Below are positions 10,725-21,966 of a DNA stretch of 63,145 nucleotides, in pieces. The DNA is from an uncultured Planctomycetia bacterium (GTDB lineage: Bacteria > Omnitrophota > Gorgyraeia > 1-14-0-20-64-10). Within the stretch, counting starts at the first letter, position 1; each line of letters opens with the position of its first letter. The translations under genes were made by a program, and so were the position numbers. The notes beneath the pieces are model-generated. The model was not told where the DNA came from. It worked only from the letters and a program-made list of their open reading frames with translations, and made no database searches. The stretch lies in the NCBI GenBank assembly GCA_964373715.1, contig CAYJVR010000007.1, forward strand, positions 26,787 through 89,931, in the 5' to 3' direction.

Positions 10725-12079
10725 TGGTCTTCGGGCACCCGACGATAGACCGCTTATCCCGGCTGGTGGACGGAATGCTCCGGACCTCGGAAGAGGAGGC
10801 GCTGAATAAGCACCTTGAAGCGTGCTCCCAGTGCTATGCGAAGGAACAGGCGCTCATCCGGGTCAGGATGATTTTGCAGACCCTTCCGGCAATCGAAGAA
10901 GGCCTGGTCATGAAGGAGCCGCCGGTTCCGATGCCGGTTATCATCGGCCGGCTGGTTTTTGAGCGGGGGCTGGCTATCGGCCTTCTCGTCGGGATTATCT
11001 TGATCGGTGCGATGGCTCTCTGGATACCTCAGCCGGCGTTGAAAGTCATCTCCGGCAATTCCCCAACGAATTTTGTCGGTCCGCAGAGGATTTCGGAAAA
11101 TCAACAGGTGCAGACGGGAGAGGCTCTGCGCACTCTCCCCTCGGGGCATGTGGATTTGGAAATTCCGGACCGGGTTTTTCTCAGACTCAAGCCCGGAACG
11201 ACGATTACTTGGCAGCAGCTGGACAGGCCGTTCTTTTTTCGGAAGCCTTTAATTATAGTCAACCTGATGCGGGGCGAGCTTTTAGGCCGGACGAAAGACG
11301 CTTTCTGGGGATCCAACATGATTATCCGGACGCCAACGGCCAACGCCTTCATTAAGGGGACTGCTTTCGGCGTCAAGGTGGACTCGAAGCAGGATGCGAC
11401 GACGTTGAAGGTCATTGCCGGGTCGGTTTTCTTTTCCCCGTACATGAATAACATCGGTGTTCACGTGAATCCCGGCGAGACGAGCCGGATTCAGGAAGAG
11501 AAAATGCCGGAGCGCCCCGCTCAGATCAGCGTTGATGATTGGGAACAGATGTTTGAAACGTTCCAGATCGGCGACCAGTCGGGCAGCCAGCCGGTGGCTC
11601 TCATGATCGGGATCGGGCCGACACGCGTTGAAGAGCTTCTTCGTCCGGCCTTTTTGTACGTGAGTAATTGGGAGCACCCGCAGCTACAGCCCTTTCTAAG
11701 AAAGGTGTTGAAGGAATTGAACGCCGCCCTCCTGAGGGGGGACCCGATGAGCCAGAACAATAACCTGAAGATTCTCGAGGTGGCCGCCGCCAATACGGCC
11801 GACGAGGATATTTCCGTCGTCTTACAGCTTTTTGCCGGCGCCTATTCCCTCCGATTGGATAATCCCTGGAGGGCCCACTATCATTTCCGCCTGATTGTGG
11901 AGAAATATCCGTGGCATCCTCTGGCGAGCTTGAGCCTGGCTGCCCTGGCTTTAAGCGCCGACAGGCGGGGTGATCGTGTAAATGCCGAAGAGAATTTCCG
12001 GGCCATCCTTTCGAAATACCCGAAATCTCAGGAAGCTGTTTACGCGACCAAATACCTCCAGGAACACGGCTACAAATAA
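10724..12079 (+). CDS. anti-sigma factor (zf-HC2, one TM helix, FecR-like domain, TPR-like tail)
   Basis: Start overlaps the sigma stop (ttgATGg). HLEACSQCYAKE zinc-finger motif, TM helix LAIGLLVGIILIGAMALWI, FecR-like RTPTANAFIKGTAFGV, and C-terminal helical repeats. Confidence 0.7.
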   Translation: MVFGHPTIDRLSRLVDGMLRTSEEEALNKHLEACSQCYAKEQALIRVRMILQTLPAIEEGLVMKEPPVPMPVIIGRLVFERGLAIGLLVGIILIGAMALWIPQPALKVISGNSPTNFVGPQRISENQQVQTGEALRTLPSGHVDLEIPDRVFLRLKPGTTITWQQLDRPFFFRKPLIIVNLMRGELLGRTKDAFWGSNMIIRTPTANAFIKGTAFGVKVDSKQDATTLKVIAGSVFFSPYMNNIGVHVNPGETSRIQEEKMPERPAQISVDDWEQMFETFQIGDQSGSQPVALMIGIGPTRVEELLRPAFLYVSNWEHPQLQPFLRKVLKELNAALLRGDPMSQNNNLKILEVAAANTADEDISVVLQLFAGAYSLRLDNPWRAHYHFRLIVEKYPWHPLASLSLAALALSADRRGDRVNAEENFRAILSKYPKSQEAVYATKYLQEHGYK

Positions 12080-12096
12080 TCTCCTGATTGTTTCTT

Positions 12097-12131
12097 ATTG
12101 CGAGCCCTTACGAGGGTAAGCGCTATTCCTT
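12097..12131. repeat. 35-nt REP-like palindromic unit, copy 1
   Basis: attgcgagcccttacgagggtaagcgctattcctt resembles cattgcgagccctcgcaagggcgaagcaattcctta at 53099..53134. The central stem is gagccct/agggc. Confidence 0.6.
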
Positions 12132-12181
12132 CTTTTGCGATGCTTCTCCTCTCCCGAAGGGTGTGATAAACTGGCTCTTCT

Positions 12182-13387
12182 ATGTCGAGAAAACTCCCCA
12201 ATTCCCACGGCCGTTTCGGTCCCTTTGGCGGGCAGTTTGTGCCTGAAACCCTTATGGCGGCTCTGTCGGATTTGGAGTCCGCCTATGGCCGGCTTCGCCG
12301 GGATAAAAAATTTCGAGCCGAGCTTAAGGGTTACCTTCGGGAATATGCCGGCAGGCCGACCCCCCTTTACCACGCGCGGAGGTTAAGCGCCAAACTGGGC
12401 CGGGGCATCCGGGTTTTTTTAAAAAGAGAAGACCTTCTCCATACAGGGGCTCACAAGATCAACAACACCTTGGGGCAGGGTCTGCTGGCCAGGCATCTGA
12501 AGAAAGAGCGTGTCATCGCCGAGACCGGAGCTGGCCAGCACGGGGTTGCCTCGGCAACGGTGGCCGCCCTTCTGGGGCTTCAGTGCGAGGTCTACATGGG
12601 GGAGACGGATGTTGCCCGGCAGAGGCTCAACGTTTTCCGGATGAAACTGCTGGGGTCGAAGGTCAACCCGGTGACAAGCGGTTCGAAGACCCTCAAGGAT
12701 GCCTGCAACGAGGCGATCCGGGATTGGGTGACCAATGTCCGGACGACCCATTACATTTTGGGGTCCGTGGTCGGCCCGCACCCCTACCCAATGATGGTCA
12801 GGGATTTCCAGTCGGTTATTGGGCGGGAGGTAAGGAGGCAGATTTTGAAAACGGCCGGGCGCCTGCCGGATCTGGTGTTGGCCTGCGTTGGAGGAGGCTC
12901 GAACGCCATAGGCATCTTCCATCCGTTTTACGCGGACCGGAATGTTCGTTTGATCGGCGTCGAGGCGGCCGGGAAAGGTCTAGGTTCCGGGTTCCATTCC
13001 GCCACGCTGAATAAAGGGACGCCGGGTGTTCTCCACGGGGCGAAATCGTATCTTCTGCAGGATTCCCAAGGGCAGGTGGCTGATGCCCACTCGGTAGCTC
13101 CCGGGCTTGATTATCCCGGGGTGGGGCCGGAACACGCTTATTACAAACTGACCGGCCGGGCCGACTACGCGGCGGTGACCGACGTCGAGGCTCTGGAAGG
13201 TTTCCAGCTTTTGGCCCGGACGGAGGGTATCCTGCCGGCGTTGGAACCGTCTCACGCGGTTGCTTACCTGAGAAAGGTTGCGCCCGGTTTGAAGCAGGGC
13301 GCGGTCGTGGTTTTGTGCCTTTCCGGCCGCGGCGACAAGGATGTGGAATCGATCGCCGGCATTCTCGGCGACAAGCTGAAGGTTTAA
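12182..13387 (+). CDS. trpB: tryptophan synthase beta chain
   Basis: [39 protein letters not shown] and SGRGDKD. Confidence 0.92.
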   Translation: MSRKLPNSHGRFGPFGGQFVPETLMAALSDLESAYGRLRRDKKFRAELKGYLREYAGRPTPLYHARRLSAKLGRGIRVFLKREDLLHTGAHKINNTLGQGLLARHLKKERVIAETGAGQHGVASATVAALLGLQCEVYMGETDVARQRLNVFRMKLLGSKVNPVTSGSKTLKDACNEAIRDWVTNVRTTHYILGSVVGPHPYPMMVRDFQSVIGREVRRQILKTAGRLPDLVLACVGGGSNAIGIFHPFYADRNVRLIGVEAAGKGLGSGFHSATLNKGTPGVLHGAKSYLLQDSQGQVADAHSVAPGLDYPGVGPEHAYYKLTGRADYAAVTDVEALEGFQLLARTEGILPALEPSHAVAYLRKVAPGLKQGAVVVLCLSGRGDKDVESIAGILGDKLKV

Positions 13388-13388
13388 A

Positions 13389-14180
13389 ATGAACCGGATA
13401 GATTCTTTATTCAGCCGTTTGCGCCGAAAGAAAAGAAAGGCGCTGATCGCCTATGTCACTGCGGGTTTTCCGTCGTTGAAGATCCTTCCGCGGTTGGTGG
13501 CCGCGCTGGCGGAAGAAGGGGCGGATTTAGTCGAAATCGGGATTCCGTTCTCGGACCCTCTGGCGGATGGGCCAACGATCCAGGCTGCTTCTTCGGAGGC
13601 CTTGCGCCGCGGCGTCACGGTGGACCAGGTTTTTGAGCAGGTCAGGCGGATCCGGAAGAGGGCAAACGGTTTGCCGGTCGTTTTCATGACCTATTACAAC
13701 CCTGTTTTCCATTACGGGATCCGAGCGTTTTGCCGGAAGGCCGCTTTGTGCGGGGTGGACGGCCTGATTGTTCCGGATCTGCCACCCGAGGAGTCTCAGG
13801 ATTTGAGCCGTGAAGCCAGAAAGGCCGGTATCGCGCTGATTTTCTTGGCCTCTCCGACGAGCAGTCCGGGCCGGTTAAGGAAAATAGCACAGGTTTCCCG
13901 AGGGTTCATCTACTGCGTCAGCTTAACCGGCGTTACCGGCGCGAGGGATTCCTTAACGGTCAACTTTAAGATTGTTGAGCAGCTCAAAAGGATAACGAAG
14001 ATGCCGATCTGCGTTGGGTTCGGCATCTCCACGGCCGGCCAGGCGGCCGGCTACGCGCGCAGGGCCGATGGTGTTATTATCGGTTCGGCGCTGATCAACG
14101 CGATGCGCCGGTTTTCGGGCGACCCTGTCCGGGGGGCTGCGGCATTTATCCGGAAGGTGAAGTTGGGTTGGCATTCGTGA
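13389..14180 (+). CDS. trpA: tryptophan synthase alpha chain
   Basis: LIAYVTAGFP, EIGIPFSDPLADGPTIQ, MTYYNP, GLIVPDLP and GFGIS. Confidence 0.9.
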   Translation: MNRIDSLFSRLRRKKRKALIAYVTAGFPSLKILPRLVAALAEEGADLVEIGIPFSDPLADGPTIQAASSEALRRGVTVDQVFEQVRRIRKRANGLPVVFMTYYNPVFHYGIRAFCRKAALCGVDGLIVPDLPPEESQDLSREARKAGIALIFLASPTSSPGRLRKIAQVSRGFIYCVSLTGVTGARDSLTVNFKIVEQLKRITKMPICVGFGISTAGQAAGYARRADGVIIGSALINAMRRFSGDPVRGAAAFIRKVKLGWHS

Positions 14181-14204
14181 TTGTCCTACCATGGAGCGTG
14201 TGTG

Positions 14205-15290
14205 ATGAGTGAAAATAAGCACCTCTGGGTTTTGATTATGGCCGGTGGCAGCGGCGAGCGGTTGTGGCCGCTGTCACGGCGCACCCATCCGAAACAGACT
14301 CTTCGTCTGGGCGCGAAACGCTCTTTGCTGCAGGTGACTGCCGACCGGCTCAAAGGGATTGTTCCCGCCCGGCGGACGGTCGTTGTGACGACCAAGCTCC
14401 AGGCCGGCATTGTTCGCAAGCAGCTGCCCGGGATCGCGCGGCACCATTTCCTTGTGGAGCCGGCTTCCCGGAACACGGCGGCCGCGGTCGGTTTGGGCAC
14501 GGTGGCGATCCTCAAGGAGGATCCGAACGCCGTGGTTCTGGTGGTTCCGGCCGATCATGTAATCCGGCCCGCGGAAAAGTTCCACCGGACGGTCCGGCGG
14601 GCGGCCGATCTGGCCATCAAGAAGGAGGGGCTTGTCTGTCTCGGCATCAAGCCGACCTATCCGGCCACCGGGTACGGCTATATCGAGCCGATTGGATCGC
14701 TGACCTCGCTGGGCGGCTACCGGGTGAGCCGTTTCATCGAAAAACCGGATCTGAAGGCGGCTGAAAAACTGATTCGGCGGACCGGCATAGTGTGGAACGC
14801 CGGTATCTTTTGCTGGCGAGGAAGGGTGGTCATGGCGGCGATCCGCCAATGGTTGCCCCGGCTTTATTCTGGGCTCACGGCGATTCAAACAGGCTGGGGC
14901 ACGCCGGAGGGAGACCGCCGGCTCGGAGATCTGTACCGGCAGCTGCCGAGCATATCGATAGACATCGGTGTTCTTGAACGGGCGAGAAATGTGTGGATGG
15001 TGCCCACCGATTTCCAGTGGGATGACGTCGGTTCCTGGAACAGTTTGGGTTTCCTTCACAACGCTGACGTCCAGGGGAACATTGTTTTGGGCAATCACGT
15101 CGGGGTGGAGACAACCGGCTCCATCATTGTTTCGGACGGGAAACACCTGGTCGCCACGATCGGAGCGAAAGATCTTGTGGTAGTGCAGACCGGAGATGCC
15201 ACCCTTGTCTGCCATAAGAGTCAGTCGCAGGCGGTGCGCAAGATTGTCTCGATGCTTGCGGCTTCTCCCCGGATGAGGCGTCACCTGTAA
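14205..15290 (+). CDS. mannose-1-phosphate guanylyltransferase (no PMI domain)
   Basis: ATG 14205 gives MSENKHLWVLIMAGGSGERLWPLSR, a nucleotidyltransferase N-terminus. Also VVPADH, GYGYIE, FIEKPD and WNAGIF. Confidence 0.8.
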   Translation: MSENKHLWVLIMAGGSGERLWPLSRRTHPKQTLRLGAKRSLLQVTADRLKGIVPARRTVVVTTKLQAGIVRKQLPGIARHHFLVEPASRNTAAAVGLGTVAILKEDPNAVVLVVPADHVIRPAEKFHRTVRRAADLAIKKEGLVCLGIKPTYPATGYGYIEPIGSLTSLGGYRVSRFIEKPDLKAAEKLIRRTGIVWNAGIFCWRGRVVMAAIRQWLPRLYSGLTAIQTGWGTPEGDRRLGDLYRQLPSISIDIGVLERARNVWMVPTDFQWDDVGSWNSLGFLHNADVQGNIVLGNHVGVETTGSIIVSDGKHLVATIGAKDLVVVQTGDATLVCHKSQSQAVRKIVSMLAASPRMRRHL

Positions 15291-15298
15291 GGATCGAC

Positions 15299-16603
15299 AT
15301 GGCACCCGCGTTGTCCTATCCTGTTCAGAGGCAGAGGTACCACAAAACCATTCTGCCCAACGGCCTGAGGATCGTCAGCGCTCCCAGGCGCGATGCCGAG
15401 TCGGTGGCGGTTGGGTTTTGGATTAACGCCGGCGGCCGGTATGAAAACGCCCGGGTCAACGGCATCTCTCATTTCCTCGAACATCTGCTTTTCAAGGGGA
15501 CTCAGGAGAGGACGTCGCGGGACATCAAGGAGACGGTCGAAGGTTCAGGCGGGATGCTCAACGCTTTCACCGATGAAGAGTACACCTGCCTTCTGGCCAA
15601 GGTCCAGCCGAAAGATCTCAGCTTGACGGTGAATGTTTTGGCCGATATGGTGCTTCACTCAACGTTTAACGCCAAAGAGATGGAGAGGGAGCGGCAGGTG
15701 ATCTTGGAAGAGATCCGTATGTACAAGGACCTGCCGATGCAGTACGTTAACGACCTGCTGAGTAACCTGCTGTGGCCCAACCATCCTCTAGGAATGGAGC
15801 TGGCAGGAACGGAAAAATCGGTCGGGAGGCTTAAGAGATCCGACATCATCTCTTATCACCGCCGGTTTTACACCCCGAGAAATATTGTGATTACCGCCTG
15901 CGGGCGGCTGAGCCACCGGGACCTGGTAAATGCTGTTGAGGCATTATGGCGGGGTGTCAGGCCGGGCATACTGCAGACCAGCCGAAAGCCGGTACAGCGC
16001 CAGCAGCGGCCCCGCTTGAAGGTGGATGAAAAAAAGACGGAGCAGACCCACTTTTCGCTCGGATTTCATGCGTTCCCGCGCAACCATCCGCAGGTGCACG
16101 CGCTGAATCTGCTCAACGTGATCTTGGGAGGCAATATGTCCTCCCGGCTTTTCCAGAAGGTGAGGGAAGAGCGGGGGTTGGCTTATGAAATAGGCTCGCA
16201 GATCAAGCGTTTCCGGGACACCGGCTATTTCTCCGTCAGCGCTGGGGTGGAGCATAAGCACCTGTTCAAGTCCCTGCGGGTCATTTTAAAGGAAATCAAG
16301 CGTGTTCGGAAAGAACCGGTTACGCCGAAGGAGTTCGCGCAGTCCCGGGAATATCTGACCGGCCAGCTCCTTTTCTCCATGGAGGACACGGTGGAACACA
16401 TGTGCTGGATCGGGGAATGCGAGATGACGCTGGGGGAGGTGCAGCCTGTGGAGAAAATCCTCGATCAGATCAATAAGGTCCGCAAACAGGATATCACCAG
16501 AGTCTCCCGGGCCATTTTCCGCCCGGAAAGGCTGAATTTAGCAGTGATTGGGCCGATCAAACAAGAAAGCAGAAGCCGGATTTCAAGGATTTTGGAGGAG
16601 TAA
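15299..16603 (+). CDS. M16 (pitrilysin/insulinase) family zinc peptidase
   Basis: HFLEHLLFKGT (inverted HxxEH zinc motif), NAFTDEEYT and EEI. Confidence 0.8.
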   Translation: MAPALSYPVQRQRYHKTILPNGLRIVSAPRRDAESVAVGFWINAGGRYENARVNGISHFLEHLLFKGTQERTSRDIKETVEGSGGMLNAFTDEEYTCLLAKVQPKDLSLTVNVLADMVLHSTFNAKEMERERQVILEEIRMYKDLPMQYVNDLLSNLLWPNHPLGMELAGTEKSVGRLKRSDIISYHRRFYTPRNIVITACGRLSHRDLVNAVEALWRGVRPGILQTSRKPVQRQQRPRLKVDEKKTEQTHFSLGFHAFPRNHPQVHALNLLNVILGGNMSSRLFQKVREERGLAYEIGSQIKRFRDTGYFSVSAGVEHKHLFKSLRVILKEIKRVRKEPVTPKEFAQSREYLTGQLLFSMEDTVEHMCWIGECEMTLGEVQPVEKILDQINKVRKQDITRVSRAIFRPERLNLAVIGPIKQESRSRISRILEE

Positions 16604-16608
16604 AAAGG

Positions 16609-17304
16609 ATGGCCGGGTTAAAAATACTCGTGGCTCCTTCGATCTTGTCGGCGGATTTCGGCCGTTTGGCCGAAGAGACGATCCTGATGGAAAAATCGGG
16701 GGCCGACTGGGTCCATCTGGATGTGATGGACGGTCATTTTGTTCCGAACCTGACCATCGGGCCTCAGGTGGTGTCGGCTATAAAGCCGGTGACGAAGCTG
16801 CCTTTGGATGTCCACCTGATGATCGAGCGCCCGGAAAATTACGTCGGAATTTTCGCCGAGGCGGGCGCCGACCGGATCACGGTTCATGCGGAGGCTTGCG
16901 GAGACCTGAAAAAAGTTGTGCGGCAGATCCGGGGGTTGGGTGTTAAGGTGGGTGTCGCCTTAAGGCCGCAGACTGGGATTGACCTGTTGATATCCTGCCT
17001 GGATGTAATTGATCTGGCCCTTCTCATGACGGTAAACCCGGGTTTCGGCGGTCAGGCTTTTATGCCGGAAGTTCTGCCGAAAATAGAGGCCCTCCGGAAG
17101 ATCTACGACCGGCATATCCAGGTGGACGGAGGGATTAACTACGACACCGCCCGTTCCACCCAGTCCGCGGGAGCGGATGTGATGGTGGCCGGAACGTATA
17201 TCTTCAAGGCGGCAGATCCGAAGCAAGCGATCGCCGTGCTCAAAGGGGAGGTGTCCCCGTCCCGGATGAAGCCATCAACCAAGGAAAAAGGAAATGAGTG
17301 CTGA
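16609..17304 (+). CDS. rpe: ribulose-phosphate 3-epimerase
   Basis: APSILSADF, HLDVMDGHFVPNLT, DVHLM, VNPGFGGQ and VDGGI. Confidence 0.9.
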   Translation: MAGLKILVAPSILSADFGRLAEETILMEKSGADWVHLDVMDGHFVPNLTIGPQVVSAIKPVTKLPLDVHLMIERPENYVGIFAEAGADRITVHAEACGDLKKVVRQIRGLGVKVGVALRPQTGIDLLISCLDVIDLALLMTVNPGFGGQAFMPEVLPKIEALRKIYDRHIQVDGGINYDTARSTQSAGADVMVAGTYIFKAADPKQAIAVLKGEVSPSRMKPSTKEKGNEC

Positions 17305-18748
17305 AAACAAAACACCGATCAAATTTGGAACCGACGGCTGGCGATCGCTGGTCGCGGAAGACTTCACATTTCCGAATGTTCGGCTTGTCACCCAGTCAAT
17401 CGCCGCTTACTTAAAGAGTCATCCGGCGGAAGGCCGGCCGCTGAAAGTGATTGTCGGCTATGACACCCGCCCGCTCGGCGACCGGTTCGCAGAGGCGGTG
17501 GCCGAGGTCTTCGCGGGCAACGGTTTCGAGGTCCTGCTGACCGACAGCCCGATGCCGACACCGGCGATCAGCTTCTCGATCCGGGAGTTCAATCTTTGCG
17601 GAGGTGTTGCGGTGACGGCGAGCCACAACCCGTTCACCTACAACGGCATCAAGTTCAAACCGTATTATGCCGGTCCGTCGGAGCCGGAGATGACGGGTTG
17701 GGTCGAAAACGATCTGCGGAAGGAACCGGTCAAGAAGATGCCTCTGGCCGATGGGCTGAAAAGCGGAAAGATCAAGAAGATCGATCTGGTTCCGAAGTAT
17801 CTCTCGTTCGTTCGGTCGTACGTCAATTGGTCCCTTGTCAAGAAGGCGAGGTTCAAGGTGGCCTACGACAATATGCACGGCGCAGGGCAGAAGCTGCTGC
17901 AGCGCCTTCTCGAAGGCAGCTCGATCAGGGTGATCGATGCCAACGAGGACCCCTGGCCGATGAAGGCCAACCATCGCCCTGAGCCGGTCGGAGAACATTT
18001 GAACCGTTTGGGTGTTGTGGTCAAGAAAAACAAATGTCACGCCGGCCTCGCGAACGACGGCGACGCCGACAGGCTCGGTCTCGTTGGCCCCGACGGGAAG
18101 TTCGTCAGCTCGCAGGAGACGATGGCGCTGTTGCTCTGGCACTTGCTTGAGGACCGGCGGTGGAAGGGGCTGGTGGTGACAACCATCTCCGGCACGAAGC
18201 TTGTCGACGTGATGGCGGCCCACTACGGCGTTCCGTTGAAGCGGACGCCGGTCGGCTTCAAGCACATTGCCGCCTACATGCGGACAGAGGATGTCCTCTT
18301 CGGCGGAGAGGAGTCCGGTGGGTTCGGTTTCCGGGGTTGCGTGCCCGAGAGGGACGGCCTTCTGGCAGGTCTGTTGATTCTGGAGATGATGGCGATGCGC
18401 AAGCAGAGCCTCGCTCAAATCCTTCAGCAGATGCGTAAAGAATTCGGCCGCTGGATCTTCAAGCGGGAAGACCTGATCCTTTCCCGGCCGGTTTCCGCTC
18501 AGGAGATGAAAGACTGGGCCGCAAAGCACACCGGCAATGGTTTTTCCATCTCCTCCAGTGTGAAGGTGAAGGAGATCAAGACGGAGGATGGGGTTCAGGT
18601 TGTGCTCGAGGACAACAGCTGGCTCCTCTTAAGGCCCTCCGGGACCGAGCCTCTGCTGAGGATCTATTCCGAAGGAAAATCGGAATCGCAGGTAAAGAAA
18701 TTGATCGAGAGAGGCAGGAAGATCGGGCTTCAAATCATCGGAAAATGA
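17294..18748 (+). CDS. alpha-D-phosphohexomutase family (phosphoglucomutase/phosphomannomutase)
   Basis: FGTDGWR, TASHNPFTYNGIKF (active-site Ser), NDGDADR, GGEESGG and RPSGTEP. Confidence 0.85.
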   Translation: MSAENKTPIKFGTDGWRSLVAEDFTFPNVRLVTQSIAAYLKSHPAEGRPLKVIVGYDTRPLGDRFAEAVAEVFAGNGFEVLLTDSPMPTPAISFSIREFNLCGGVAVTASHNPFTYNGIKFKPYYAGPSEPEMTGWVENDLRKEPVKKMPLADGLKSGKIKKIDLVPKYLSFVRSYVNWSLVKKARFKVAYDNMHGAGQKLLQRLLEGSSIRVIDANEDPWPMKANHRPEPVGEHLNRLGVVVKKNKCHAGLANDGDADRLGLVGPDGKFVSSQETMALLLWHLLEDRRWKGLVVTTISGTKLVDVMAAHYGVPLKRTPVGFKHIAAYMRTEDVLFGGEESGGFGFRGCVPERDGLLAGLLILEMMAMRKQSLAQILQQMRKEFGRWIFKREDLILSRPVSAQEMKDWAAKHTGNGFSISSSVKVKEIKTEDGVQVVLEDNSWLLLRPSGTEPLLRIYSEGKSESQVKKLIERGRKIGLQIIGK

Positions 18749-18751
18749 AGC

Positions 18752-18985
18752 GGGTTCTGTCGTGGCCGGGCGGGCATCCGGCATCGGGGCTCGGGGCCTA
18801 GAAGGCCGGTCGCCCCTGCTGGCGGATGCCCGCCCGCTCCACGCCACCCGCTTCAGCATGGGTGACGCCGAGGAGATGCCCGGTCCAGCCGCGCGCAGTT
18901 CCGCAGCCCGAAGGGCGAGGACTGTTCCGCCAACGATCTCTGGCGGACGAGCGGGCGCTCCGAAGGCGGCAGGACCCATGCCAAA
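18752..18985. repeat. GC-rich palindromic element, copy R3 (two hairpin modules)
   Basis: Module A pairs ccgggcgggcatccgg with ggcggatgcccgcccgc. Module B (18857..18980) is bounded by catgggt/acccatg and is homologous to R5, including an exact 23-mer at 18884..18906 that matches the reverse complement of 36310..36332. Confidence 0.8.
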
Positions 18986-19007
18986 CATGTTGTTATAGAA
19001 AGAGTTT

Positions 19008-20798
<1,791 letters not shown>

Positions 20799-20806
20799 GA
20801 GAAAAA

Positions 20807-21394
20807 ATGAGTGCGGAGCAGAAGTCTCAGAAGTCCGTTTCCAGGGAATACGTGGAATCAATTATCATCGCGGTCATCCTGGCGCTTGTGGTGAGGGCCT
20901 TTTTCGTGCAGGCTTTTAAAATCCCGACCGGCTCCATGCGGCCGACGCTGATAGAGGGGGACCGGATACTCGTTAATAAGGTGCTCTACGGGATCAAGAT
21001 TCCGTTTACGTCGTGGCGCCTGCCGGAGGTTCGATCTCCCCGGAGAGGGGACCTGGTGGTCTTTCGCGCCATGGAGGATAAGCAGAAGGATTTCATCAAG
21101 AGGCTTGTTGCCTTAGGTAACGATACGGTGGAGATCAGAGATCTCCATCTGTGGGTCAACGGCCGTCCTTTGATTGAACCTTCGATCTTCAGGCAGATCA
21201 ACTATTACAACCGGGGCGATTACGGCCAGGCCGGTAAACCGGCTCAGGTCCCTGCCGACCACTTTTTTTTTCTTGGGGACAATTCGGCCTCTTCCAGAGA
21301 CTCCCGTTACTGGGGGTTCCTGCCCGAAGACCGAGTGATCGGGAAAGCTTTTTTGATTTATTGGCCGCCAAGACGGATTCGGTGGCTGGATTGA
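20807..21394 (+). CDS. lepB: signal peptidase I
   Basis: ATG 20807 (MSAEQKS), so the listed ORF 20669.. is a 5' over-extension. TM helix, then IPTGSMRPTL (catalytic Ser), GDRILVNK, KRLVALGNDTV and GDNSASSRDSRYWGF. Confidence 0.9.
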   Translation: MSAEQKSQKSVSREYVESIIIAVILALVVRAFFVQAFKIPTGSMRPTLIEGDRILVNKVLYGIKIPFTSWRLPEVRSPRRGDLVVFRAMEDKQKDFIKRLVALGNDTVEIRDLHLWVNGRPLIEPSIFRQINYYNRGDYGQAGKPAQVPADHFFFLGDNSASSRDSRYWGFLPEDRVIGKAFLIYWPPRRIRWLD

Positions 21395-21456
21395 CGGGTT
21401 GATTTGAGGTGTGGGCTGAGGTATCCTGAACGATAAGATAGTGGAGGAGAAAGAAT

Positions 21457-21906
21457 ATGCGTAAATATTTGGTTCTTGTTTCGGTTTCTGTTTTAGCCTT
21501 GGGTTGCGCGTCGGCGACGCCGACCCAGAAGGGGGCGCTCGGAGGTTCCGCTATTGGAGCCGGTTTGGGAGCTATTATCGGCCACCAGTCCGGCCGTACG
21601 GCGGAAGGGGCTTTGATCGGAGCGGCTGCCGGCGGTATAGGAGGCGCTCTTGTCGGAGACGCGGCGGCGACGCAGTTCTGTCCGACCTGCGGCCGGGATT
21701 ATTTTGCCGACCAGACTCACTGCCAGATGGATGGGACGCCTCTGCGCCATAAGGGGGCTCCCGCCCAGACGTCGTCTGCACAATCGCAGCAGGAGGCGAC
21801 TCAGGAGAGTATGCCGAAGTTTTGTTCTTCCTGCGGCAGAAGCTATCCTGCCAGCACTACCTATTGCTCTGAAGACGGGTCTGCGCTTAAAACAAGGCAA
21901 CAGTAA
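21457..21906 (+). CDS. lipoprotein with a glycine-zipper segment and two CxxC zinc-ribbon-like motifs
   Basis: Lipobox VLALGC. Gly-zipper GALGGSAIGAGLGAIIGHQSG..GALIGAAAGGIGGALVG. Then FCPTCGRDYFADQTHCQMDGTPL and FCSSCGRSYPASTTYCSEDGSAL. Confidence 0.6.
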   Translation: MRKYLVLVSVSVLALGCASATPTQKGALGGSAIGAGLGAIIGHQSGRTAEGALIGAAAGGIGGALVGDAAATQFCPTCGRDYFADQTHCQMDGTPLRHKGAPAQTSSAQSQQEATQESMPKFCSSCGRSYPASTTYCSEDGSALKTRQQ

Positions 21907-21966
21907 CGTTTTTCACCCCGCACCTATGTTGTTTAACGCGGCGGAGAGAAGGGGCATAGGTGCGGG

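Noticed and set aside
16548-16946. ORF 16548..16946, which overlaps the M16 peptidase end and rpe.
   Set aside because: It is out of frame with two well-supported genes and has Gly/Arg-rich composition.
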